A DNA stretch of 64,000 bases from a virus. Lineage: Duplodnaviria > Caudoviricetes. The notes under the pieces were generated by a model. That model was not told the origin of the DNA. It saw nothing but the letters and a program-made list of their open reading frames with translations, and did no database searches. Position numbers and translations under genes: made by a program. Every line of letters begins with the position of its first letter. Positions within the stretch are counted from its first letter, which is position 1. Shown in pieces: positions 17,504-28,700 of the stretch. The stretch covers positions 16,497-80,496 of the IMG/VR virus record IMGVR_UViG_3300030372_004928; one strand, 5' to 3'.

Positions 17504-20500
17504 TTAATATAATTTATAAAATTTATAATTTTTATGCATAAAATCAGTTTTAACTTTTTGACTCCAAACAGGAACTAATTTTTGAGCATGAATAGATAAT
17601 TTATTTTCCCCATAATATACCCCACCTTGATATTCTAAATCTTCTGGAGCAGTTATTGGATAAGCTATAACTTCTTTAGATAATCTTAAAATATCTTCCA
17701 TTGTTTTAAATGCTGCTAAAGGATTTTTGATAAGTTTTTTACTTTCATTAATCCATCCACCTCCCATAAATACACCTTCTTCATTAAATCCAACTGCAAT
17801 AGGCATATAAGTTGTTAATTCTGTTACGGTTCTATCTAATTGATAAAGTGTAAGTACTAAAGCAAATGGTGGTTCATCATCATCTCCTTTCAGATATTTA
17901 GCTAAACTTAATAAACCTAATGCCATTGCAAAAGCACCATATTCTGCTACTGTTCTTTTAACATTTGCTTTTTGAGTTTCATTTAATGTATGCCAATGAA
18001 GTTTAGCACTTCCGATAAATTTAGTATAATCTCCAATTATATTTCCTATTGCTTTTAAAGCAGTAATTTGCATTTCTCCTTCTTGTTTATTTTCTTGACT
18101 TTCTTTATAAAGTGCTATATTTTCTTGTATTGGTCTTGTTAAGAAATTCCATGTAGTAACGTACATACCTTCATCATAATGAGAACGTCTTTCATTCCAT
18201 TCAGTTTTACCGAAAGTAGAACCGAATCTTTTAGTCCAACCAGGTCTCATCCATTTACGGAATTGCATAGCTAATCTTCCTAATGCATATTTCTGTAATG
18301 CACCTGCATCTTCTTTATTATATATACCATGAAGATATTGATTAACTCCTAATACTCTCATTTGAAATTCTGCAATTTCATCTTTCTTTAATTTTGTTCC
18401 TTTTTTTAATTTTAATTTACCATCTGTAAATTCATAACTATCATATAAAGTATCAAACTTTTCAAATTCTGCTTTTAATTCTTTTCGTTTCTTTTTATTT
18501 TCAGCAATTACTTTCTTTACATTTTCAGGGTCAGCATTAATCATTTCTTTAGTTATCTTTGTTAATTTATCTTGAACAAATTCATTAAATTTCATTATTC
18601 TTCCATTAACTACTCTATGACTATAAGCCATTGCTAATAAAGTACGATTTTGTAAATTATGTTCTGACATATGTTCAAACATAAATGCTTTATTTGTAAT
18701 AATACCCATTTTATTAAGCATTACATTCCCTAATGCATCGCTTTGATTTTCATTTCCAGCTAATTCTTTAAAATCCATTAAAATAGGAATATGATGCATA
18801 AATGCACTCTGTTTAGAGCTAAAATTAAATGAAGCTTCATCATCAGCAAAATAACTAATTATACCTGTTGTATAAGTTCCTGCAGCTTTTCTCCAATCTT
18901 TACTACTAAAAAATTCACTAGAAACTGCTTCAATTTTACTCATAAGTTCCCCATACACTTGATTATTTAAACTACTATAAGGATTAAAAGCCATACTTTT
19001 AAGAGAAGTATAATTTTGAAGTACTCCTAAAGCTTTTTGCATAGTTCCTTCATCATTCTCAAATTCTTCATAGAAAATCATTCTTAACCAATCATTATAT
19101 CTATCTAAAATTCTACTTCCTTTTGTTCCACTTTTAACTAAATGATCTTCATATCCTGCAGCCCATTTAGCTTTATCTTTTATTGGTGCATTATTTTTTA
19201 AGGTTAATATTTGATGATTTTCAATAAAAGACCTTTTTACTCTAAGCAACTCAAATTCCATTGCTTTTTTATGTTTATGATTTAATGCAGTTTTAATAAA
19301 AATTGGCATTGTCTTAGATAAATCTAATTCTATTGCAGCAGCGTGTGCTTCTTTATTCTCTTTTCTTATTTCTTCATTTAATTTATGATATTTTCTTTTA
19401 TCTTCTATAGACATTTCATCATGAATTTCATGTAATTCTTTTTGATTTAATAAATTATTAAACATAAAAGGAATGAAATGTACTATTTCATTATTTACAT
19501 CTGTAGCTACACCTTTTGTTTGGTCATAATCTCCTGTTTTTCTCCAACCCATTTTAACTGCAAATTCTTCCATAAATCCTTTCATATTTTTAGGAACAGC
19601 AGGTAAATAACCTTTACTAACCATACTAGATTTTGTATGTTCTGTTAAATAAGCAAGTACTGAAGTTAAATATTTATGAAATTCTAATTCACTTGCTGTA
19701 AGATTATTATAATCTTCATTACCGTATACACTTTCTTTAGGTTTATACATTACACTACTTTTCTTAAAAATTCTATTTCCTTTTGGGTCAAAGTAAATTA
19801 ATGTATTAAGCCATTTATCATACGCTCTTGTATCATCACTATTAAGAGGATTTTCTAATTCTTTCCTCTTTTCATCCATTATTATTTGTCGTTCCTCATC
19901 ACTACGTTCTTCTACATTGTTATCGTAGAAATCATTAAGAGTATCTCTGTAAGCTTTTGTACCTGTTTTATATTTTGCAGCATCTTTAAAAGCTTTATCT
20001 CTTTCTGCTTTAAATCTATCATAATCTAAATCAGTAATAACTTTCCCAGTTGATTTATCAATAAATTTATCTAATGATGAACCTGAAGCTTCTAATTCTT
20101 TTAATTTTTCTAACCATTGTTCTGTCATAGCTTTAGTTTCATCATCCATTTCTCTTTTCTTATAAGCATATGCTCTCATTACATTTGCAAAATATCTATT
20201 ATGAGTATCTGCTAATGAATCCATGTTATGTTGCATTAAAGATAAATCTCTTTGAGCTTCAAAAAAATCAATATTAGTATTTAAAACACCTCTACCACCA
20301 CTTAAAGGATTTGATGATATTTCTTGGTATCTTAAATCTAATTGTTGATTTAACATTTTTAATCTCCATTTTAAATTAGAAATATGGTCTAAATTTCTTT
20401 TTAAATCTTGAAAGACAGGATTAATTCTCGTACCATCGCCATAAATAGAAGGTAATTTATCAATTTGAATAACTTGTGACATAAACATATCTACATTGAC

Positions 20501-22723
20501 CATAAAAGCCATAAAGTCTATAAAACCTTTAGGATTTTTTTCTTCTAACTCTTTAATATCTTGCCATTTATAATTTGAATATCCTTTAGTTTTTTGAATT
20601 TCTATTTCATTTGTTTCTTCATTTTTAACCTCTACTACACCAGGATTAAATTTATTTGTTATATTTAAAAGACCTCTTGTAATAAATTTATTATAAGCTA
20701 TAATTGCTAAATTTTCATCGGCAACACTCATTTGTTCTATTAATTTTTCTACAGTCTTTTTATATTTTGCAGCTCTTTCTCCAATTCCTGAAGCTTTTGC
20801 TACTGTTACTGATTTTTGTAAATTAATTATAGCTTCTTCTAACCATTTTTGAACTTCAGTATCTCTATCTATTTGTACTTTTAAATCATTTTGAGTTTTA
20901 ATACTTTCATTTAATTGAGCTGATGCTTTTTCTAAATCTTCTCCTTGCATATAAGCTTGCAACATTTTTTCCATCATTGATTCTAATGGCAAAACTCCAT
21001 CTTTATTTAATCCTTGAACTTCTTCACTTGCAATTGCTACATCAGCGTATCTTGTTTCTCCTTTTTCATTTTTTTGTGCAATACCTTCTAAAGGGATAAT
21101 TGCTAAAGCATGTTCTCCTGTTTGTTTATTATCTTTTACAAATTCAAAACCTTGTCTTTCTAAAATTAATTGGTAAGTAGATAATTGTAAAGAATAACTT
21201 CTAGCTGAAGTATATTCCATATCTTCTATAAAACCTTTAAACATTTTTTTAGAACCGTCTTTCTTATATTTATATTGATAAAAATCGTCAAACTTTCCAT
21301 ATTCTTTAGTTTTCCAATCATATATCATATATTTTCCATCGGGTCTACGAATAAGAAGGTCAATTGTACCTCCTACTCCCATTTCTTCATCAAATACTTT
21401 TACTTCTGGAAATAATTCATAATCTTTTTCTATTAAAGATTCAATAAAATCTGCTATATTATTTATATAACCTTTAACAAGTTTTTGGTCCATTCCCGAA
21501 TAAAATCTAATCCCATCTGCATCTAACCCTCCTTCGGGTTTATATAAATTACTTAATGCAGCATTTATAGAATCTTCTCTAGATTTACCTGCAGTTCTTG
21601 CTTTGATATAATCTTCTGTAATATTATGAATACCTGTACCTTCTTCTCTTTTATCTGCCCAAAAAGTTTCTAAATCTTCTTTACTAACAAAGTTTGCCCA
21701 TTCGCCTTTTCTATTTTTTAATAAAGATTCTATTACTGAATCTTTATCAAATATCCCTCTTAGTTCATCTATAGCAGTTGTTACCCTGTTAATAACTACA
21801 TCTTCTTTACCATCTTTTGTTAATTCTTTAGGAATAATATAGGAACTTTCATCTTCTGTTTTTCCTAATTTTTCCCCTCTTTTAATTAAATCTGATATAT
21901 CTGTTTTTTGTTTTTGTACTTTACTAGATAATTTTCCTGTAAGAACAAATCTTTTTTTACTGCCAGTAAGGGCATAAGCTAACTTCAAGGTTGTATCATC
22001 ATTAATACCTAAATTAACTCCTATCATTCTTATAGCATTACTAAACCATGCTGCCCATCCTTTAATTTTATCTAATATAGTTCCTTTTTTTAGATTTCTA
22101 ATTTTAACTCTTTCATCATAAAGCTTTTGTGCTTCTATACCAATAGCTGTAGTTAAAACTTCTTTACCTAATTGTTCATCATTTAATTCTTTATATAATG
22201 CAGCAACTTGTTTCCACAATTCACTTCCTCTAAGATTCTCAATTCCTTTTTTAAGCACTCTATCATTCTGTAATAAATCAACAAATAAGTGACTAAATTC
22301 ATGAAATACACTATCCTTTCTAGCATTTTTACTATTAAATTTTACTGTAGTTTTTCCATTTATAGTAAATACTTGACCTGCATCAAGTATATTTGTATCA
22401 AATTTTACATCAATATCTAAACCTAAATCTTCAAATATTGTTGTTAAAGTTTCTATTTGTTCAATAGCTGCACTATTACTAAAACCACCAGTATCATTAA
22501 ATATTTCTAAATTTTTTGTTTCTCCATCTAAATTCAAGAAATATAAATTATCTGTTACTATAGCTTCTCCATTGCTATCAAGTTTTCCTGTATACCAATC
22601 TTTAAAAGTAGGAGTCTGTGAAGTTGCCCAAGCTTTTAATGCAGTTTTATGCCCATGTACTTTATAAACTGAATCATACAATTTAGATTTATTACCATTA
22701 GGTGCAGTATATTTACAAGCCAT
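17504..22723 (-). CDS. Large ejected virion protein (crAss RNAP-cluster partner) with zincin-like HExxH and a PD-(D/E)XK nuclease-like domain
   Basis: FHEFSH at 22289-22303; GTGIH...E...GGTIDLL...IYDWKT...LQLSTY at about 21150-21650; adjacent to the RNAP polyprotein as in crAss-like phages. Confidence 0.75.
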   Translation of the reverse strand: MACKYTAPNGNKSKLYDSVYKVHGHKTALKAWATSQTPTFKDWYTGKLDSNGEAIVTDNLYFLNLDGETKNLEIFNDTGGFSNSAAIEQIETLTTIFEDLGLDIDVKFDTNILDAGQVFTINGKTTVKFNSKNARKDSVFHEFSHLFVDLLQNDRVLKKGIENLRGSELWKQVAALYKELNDEQLGKEVLTTAIGIEAQKLYDERVKIRNLKKGTILDKIKGWAAWFSNAIRMIGVNLGINDDTTLKLAYALTGSKKRFVLTGKLSSKVQKQKTDISDLIKRGEKLGKTEDESSYIIPKELTKDGKEDVVINRVTTAIDELRGIFDKDSVIESLLKNRKGEWANFVSKEDLETFWADKREEGTGIHNITEDYIKARTAGKSREDSINAALSNLYKPEGGLDADGIRFYSGMDQKLVKGYINNIADFIESLIEKDYELFPEVKVFDEEMGVGGTIDLLIRRPDGKYMIYDWKTKEYGKFDDFYQYKYKKDGSKKMFKGFIEDMEYTSARSYSLQLSTYQLILERQGFEFVKDNKQTGEHALAIIPLEGIAQKNEKGETRYADVAIASEEVQGLNKDGVLPLESMMEKMLQAYMQGEDLEKASAQLNESIKTQNDLKVQIDRDTEVQKWLEEAIINLQKSVTVAKASGIGERAAKYKKTVEKLIEQMSVADENLAIIAYNKFITRGLLNITNKFNPGVVEVKNEETNEIEIQKTKGYSNYKWQDIKELEEKNPKGFIDFMAFMVNVDMFMSQVIQIDKLPSIYGDGTRINPVFQDLKRNLDHISNLKWRLKMLNQQLDLRYQEISSNPLSGGRGVLNTNIDFFEAQRDLSLMQHNMDSLADTHNRYFANVMRAYAYKKREMDDETKAMTEQWLEKLKELEASGSSLDKFIDKSTGKVITDLDYDRFKAERDKAFKDAAKYKTGTKAYRDTLNDFYDNNVEERSDEERQIIMDEKRKELENPLNSDDTRAYDKWLNTLIYFDPKGNRIFKKSSVMYKPKESVYGNEDYNNLTASELEFHKYLTSVLAYLTEHTKSSMVSKGYLPAVPKNMKGFMEEFAVKMGWRKTGDYDQTKGVATDVNNEIVHFIPFMFNNLLNQKELHEIHDEMSIEDKRKYHKLNEEIRKENKEAHAAAIELDLSKTMPIFIKTALNHKHKKAMEFELLRVKRSFIENHQILTLKNNAPIKDKAKWAAGYEDHLVKSGTKGSRILDRYNDWLRMIFYEEFENDEGTMQKALGVLQNYTSLKSMAFNPYSSLNNQVYGELMSKIEAVSSEFFSSKDWRKAAGTYTTGIISYFADDEASFNFSSKQSAFMHHIPILMDFKELAGNENQSDALGNVMLNKMGIITNKAFMFEHMSEHNLQNRTLLAMAYSHRVVNGRIMKFNEFVQDKLTKITKEMINADPENVKKVIAENKKKRKELKAEFEKFDTLYDSYEFTDGKLKLKKGTKLKKDEIAEFQMRVLGVNQYLHGIYNKEDAGALQKYALGRLAMQFRKWMRPGWTKRFGSTFGKTEWNERRSHYDEGMYVTTWNFLTRPIQENIALYKESQENKQEGEMQITALKAIGNIIGDYTKFIGSAKLHWHTLNETQKANVKRTVAEYGAFAMALGLLSLAKYLKGDDDEPPFALVLTLYQLDRTVTELTTYMPIAVGFNEEGVFMGGGWINESKKLIKNPLAAFKTMEDILRLSKEVIAYPITAPEDLEYQGGVYYGENKLSIHAQKLVPVWSQKVKTDFMHKNYKFYKLY

Positions 22724-22763
22724 TTTTATAAATTTTATTTCAGTATTACGCTACTGGTTATTA

Positions 22764-25700
22764 TTAACAATTTTTACCTTTTCTATTTATTAATGGTTTT
22801 GTTGCTTTATTTTCTTCATTAGTTAATATATCACTATTAAAAGGTTTTTTACTAAAATAATGAATACCATTTTCAATTTTTTCATATAATCCTGTATTTC
22901 CTCCTTTATTTACTTTTAAATAAGTTTGTAAATTTTGTAAAGCTTTTACTGTTGCTATATTTCCCGAACCAAAAGTAGGAGAAGTAGTTCCATCTTCATT
23001 TTTTTGTGCTTTTATCATAACTACTCCATTAGCTCGTAATACAGAATATATTTTTCCATAAACACTAGTATTTTTAAATTTACCTTCTTCATTAAAAATA
23101 GAATCATCTACAGTTTTAGCAGTAGTGTAACCCATTATAGTTGGAAATGTAACCATTATTTTATCATTATCAGTAAATTCTGACTTATTAGCTAATTCTC
23201 CAAAAGATTTAGTTAAAAGTTTTAAATCTGTACTTACTATTTCTTCAGTAGCATTTTTTCCTATTTCACTGCCTATAAAACCTGTAGCAGTAGTATACAT
23301 AATTTTATCTGGAGCATTTATATTTTCTAATTCAAGATTATTGTAAGTCATAAAGTTAGCATTAAGATCATTTAAACCAAATTCATTATTTCCTTGAATT
23401 GCAATTTCAAAATCATTTTGACTTCTACTAACTTGATTTTCTTTAATAAAAGATTTTTCACTAGATTCAGTTATATTAATACTACCTAGTTTATCTACAG
23501 GATAAAAATAAGTAGAACCATCTTTTTCTATATATTTTTTATATAAAATATCTTCTTGTTTTATAGATTCATTATTTATTAATAGTGTTTTAGTTCCTAC
23601 TATATAATCAGATTGAACTACTCTTAAATCTTCATTTTGATATTCAGATGTAGTTACTTCTATAAATTCTTTAGTTGCACCCATAATAATGGTTTTCCAA
23701 TCAGGTGTACCATTTATTGTACCTTTTTCACCTAATTCTCTTTTTGTATATACTCTAGGTACAATATCAGTATTAAACCAATTACTTCTTATAAATTTAT
23801 CTTTAATATCTTCATATCTATCTAACAAGAAATTATCCATTTTAGATTTTTCTTTAAGATCATATAAGAATTTATCTAAACCTATTTCTTTAAATACTTC
23901 TGTAGGAATTAATTTACTAAAACTATTTTTATTCATAGTTAAGCCAGTAGTAAAGAAAGAATATTTTACTAAATCTTGAGCTAATGATTTTTCAAATTCA
24001 TCATTAGAATTCCACATTTCAAGAAAAGAATCAATAATAGTATCATCTAATAAAGAATCTGTTTTTGTATTTTGGAATTCTATAAAATGCATAGAATTTT
24101 TCTTTACATCTTTTTCTCCTAATTTGTGAGTTAAATAGTTTAAAATATGAGTATCATTTTGAAGTTTATCTTTAAGTTTATTCTGCATTATTTGTAGTTT
24201 ATTTGCAGTACTTAATTTATTAAAATCTTCAATACTTATATTTATATCTGTTTTAACTTCCAAATTTTCTGCACCTAAAATTCTTTGTTTTGTATTATTA
24301 TTCTCATAATTTTCAGAAAAGAATTCAAATTCATTTTGTAAATAAGTTAAAATATATTGAGATAATTTATCTGCATTTTTTGGATTAAAATGTATACCTG
24401 TATCATTAGTAAAAACTTGTATAAATTTTCTAAACGCTACTGAATGTTGTATAAATAATGGAGATAATATTTCTGTTGCTGCATCAAAAGCTTCTTCTTT
24501 ATAAGCTTTAAGTACAGGATATTTACTATCTTCTCCATAAACTGCTATAGTTGCAGGTACAGTTTCACCATTTACTTTTGCAAAAACTCTAGCATCACTT
24601 TCAACTCTTATAACTGTATCTTCTCTAATTGTTCTTTTTTCTTCTGCAGTTGTTTCTTCTGCTCTTTTTCTTCTTAATAATTCATTAGCAGTCATTATTT
24701 CTCCATTAAACTCTACTCTTGTTTCTCCATCAACTTTTAAATTTCTTAATTGACTAAATTTCATATAGTAAGTAGCTTTCTGTATACTTTTATTAAGCAT
24801 TTCTGGTCTTGTCAACGAAGGTCCAACATCTGTTCTATCTGATGCTGTAGCTTTTATCATATCATCATAACCTTCTCCTGCTTTTTTATATCTTTTAAAC
24901 ATTTCAAGAATTTTAATTTGGTCTTGAAGATACCTAGCTTTTTCTATAGGAGTTAAATTATTATAATTACTAGATACACTATTTTTTATATGATTTTTAA
25001 GTGTATCTACATCAAAAGCAAAAGATTCAGAAGTATCTATATTAAATAAATCTTTTAATTCTGTTGTATCAGGATTTATATCTTCTCCATTACTTATTTG
25101 AGAATCAAATGGTTCAATTACAGCAAATTCTTTTCCGTCTATAGTTAATATTTTTACATAATCTTTTACATTTCTAAGAAAATTATTTTTTGGGTTTCTT
25201 GCAATTTTATATAATTCAGTAATATATCTATTTTTTATTGCTTCAATTTCTTTACCTAAATTTTCATCTTCAGTAAATCCTTGTGTTTCAAAAAATAATT
25301 CACTTAAATCATTTAATATAGGTTGACGAATAAACATACTTGTATATCTAATATCCATACCTGTATTCAACATTGTAATAAATGTATTAAATGTGTATGT
25401 ATTTACATTAGGTGGAAGTCCTTCTTTTACTATATCTAATGTCATTGCTAAAACTTGACTAGCATGAATCATTGTATTGTCTCCATTTACATTTGTAAAT
25501 GTACCATCATTATTCCATCCTAAATTTTTATGTTTAACGGTAACATAATCTTTTTGAGGTTTAGGTTTAGGTTTAGCAGGTTTTGCCATTTTAGGCATAG
25601 AAGGTAAACCTGTGTCTTTAATAGGTTTAACTCTTCTCATAGTTATAGATATTCTATAACTACCTTTAGGATAAGTTTTGCCGTCTATTTCAGTAGTTAT

Positions 25701-28700
25701 TTCAGGTAAAAAGCCATCTACTTTATTTGGTGCAGTTCTATGCCATACTTTTCTATTTTTTCCTTTAATACCAAAAACATAACCATCTCCTGCATTTAAT
25801 TCTGTAACACCTTTACCGACTCTTTCTATTGAAAAATTACCACTACCACCTATATTAACTACTAAAACAGGATAACCTATAGTATCACTTGCTTCACTAA
25901 CATCTTGATGGGAATGTATAAAATGATTTTCACTATATAAATTAATAATAGCACCGTCATAATCACTAGCATCAACTCCTGTAGCTTTTGTCATTAATTC
26001 TTTTAATCTATCATTTACTGGTTCTAATGGCTCGCCATTTATAGATTTATCAAAATAACCAAATTTTGATCTAGTTCCATCCATACCTCTGTCAAGAATA
26101 GTACCTAAATCTATTGGTTCTTTATTTGGATTATTATCTTTATAATCCCATCTTAAACCTAAACCAATCATTACATTAGCATCTTTTCCTTTATTTGTTA
26201 CAGCTCCTTGTCTTTCTAAAATAGGTTTAAGCATTTCAAATAATTCAATTTGTTCTGCTTCTGTAAGTGCATTCCTTTTTACTTCAACTCCATCAATTAT
26301 TTTTTCAGTTTTAATTTTTGAAGGTTGTTTAATTTCATCAGTAACTTGTTCAGCAACTTGTTCAGATTTTGACCATACACCAAGAACATTACCATCTACA
26401 GTTATTTCAGAATAATTATAACCTTTAGCTTCTAGATTTTTATAAAGCCTTTTTTCTCCTTCATTATAATCACTATCATCTATATAATCTTTATTATCAG
26501 CAATAATAGTAGCACCTGCTTCCAAAGCTTTAATAGCTTCTCTTATAGTTTTATCTTGTTGGGTTTTTCTTAAATCAGCTGCACCTCTTTTACCCCCTAT
26601 AGAAACAAATATTACATCATTATCTCCATAATTACCAGTGTTAGCGTATTCTCCTGCTTCTTCTGCATAATGTGCTGTACTGCTATCTTTAATACCTTCA
26701 GCAAAACCTATATATTGTGTAGCAATTTTAGCTTTTGCTTTAGCTTTTTTATCAGCTTTTTTTATAGGAGTGACAGTAAACACATTTTTAGCAGAATCTA
26801 TTTTAGCAACTTCTTCAGTAATTACATCTCCTAATTCTGCTTCTTTCCTCCATAAACCAAATGTTTGTCCATCAATTACTGTTTCTGTATATACTGCACC
26901 TTCTGAATCTAAAAAGTCTCTTAAAGCTTTTTTTGGAGTATAACTTCCTGCTGAATTTAATGTACCTATATTATCAGTAATAATAGCTGCACCAGATTGT
27001 AAAACCTTTTTCAATTCAGCTTTTGTCTTTTTTAATCCTTCTCGAAAATTTCTACTATAAGAAACAAGTACAACATCGTCTTTAGTATAATTTCCACTAT
27101 TTACAACAGATTTATCTTTTATTTGGTCTTGATAAAATCTTGTATTATTATTTCCTGCAGAACCAAATCCTACAAATTTTGTAGATACTGTAGCCATTAA
27201 TGGAGTTTTAGTATCTCTTTTATCTTTACTTACAAATGGTTCTAAAGTAAATACAGTTTGTTTATCTAAATCTTCTGTAGTTTCTGCTTGTATATTTCTT
27301 ACACCAGGTCTAGATTTTTTATTTAAAGTTTCAACATTTTCTTCTCCATATTTTTCTTTTAATTCTTTTTCAGAATAAACTTTAGTTACCCTATTTAACT
27401 TTCCTTCTTTCATTAACTTTTCATTTTCTTTTATCTCTTCTTTAGTTAATGGGGTAGTTCTATAATTTGTATGAAAAGCTAATTCATCTGCTAAAAACAT
27501 TTCAACAACTTGTGCTACACTTAAAAAAGTATTACTATTTGCAGCCATACCTTTTAATGCAATACCAGAAATATTTTGTTTTCTATATTCTAATTGAGCA
27601 TAAGCTGTTGCAGGATTTAAGTGTTCAACTTCTTTTCCTAATAAAGTATTTATTTCATCAATAACATCTGCAGCATCTTCAAAAGATTGAGAAGTTACAA
27701 CTCCACTAAAGTGATCGGGATGTAATAATTTAGCTTTGAAAATATCTAAAATACGATTATCTCTTGCTTTTCTTGTATTAGCTTGTGCTTCAGATAATTT
27801 ATCGTATTCTTTTCTTAATGTTTCTAAATTTTTTGCACCTAATAATGCTTGATATTTTTTACGATTATTTAATGCTTGTTTCTCTTTCTTTTTAACTTCT
27901 TCTACATAAGTATTATATTCTTTAACATCTTTTAAACGTGATATAATAAAGTTTTTAGTTTCTTTAACACTTTTTTCTAATGCAAATGCATTTGCTTGAA
28001 TACTTCTTAATCGTAAATCTTCTTTAGTATTTCTACCCCAATGTTGTAAACCGTATTGATTTTGAACATATTCAATTGTAGCTTTTGCTCTTTCTTTTTG
28101 TACTTCTAGATAATTAAATAATTCATCAATTTCAGTAAAGTTTGTTTGAGCCCCTTCATTAAAAACATCAAATATAGCTTGTAATTGTCTTGTTGTATCT
28201 TCTGCAGTTTCTTGCTTTACTTCATGTAAATTCTGTTGAGTAGTATTAAATCTTTTTACTTGTGTATTTAACTTTTTAGCTTCTTGGTCTGGATTATCTT
28301 TTAAATTTTCAAGTAATTTTTTTGCTGCTCTAGATTCTAACCAAGCAGTAAATCCTTCTTCTCCTTTTTCATAATAATCATTTTTTTGATAAGTTCTTTT
28401 ACCATCTATATCTGTAGTAGTAAAACTATGATACATAATATATTCCTTATCAACATCAAAGTCAAATCCTTTAGCAGTAACATATTCTTGAGGTAGAACA
28501 ATTGTACTTCCACTTTCTACAGGCAGAAATCCTACAACTTTAAATACAGTAAACATATAATCTTGTTCTGAAGGAATTCTATAAGAAATCATAGTTCTTA
28601 ATTCTTCAGGTATATTGTTTATATCATCAAGTACATATTCTCCTTTTTCATTTTTAACATAAAACTGTTTACTCCATGCAGGTAAAAGTGCTTCAGCAGT

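Noticed and set aside
25540-27480. Intein or homing endonuclease explanation for the RNAP insert
   Set aside because: No C/S...HN-C/S/T splice junctions and no LAGLIDADG or HNH motifs were recognised; the content reads as enzyme domains and linkers.
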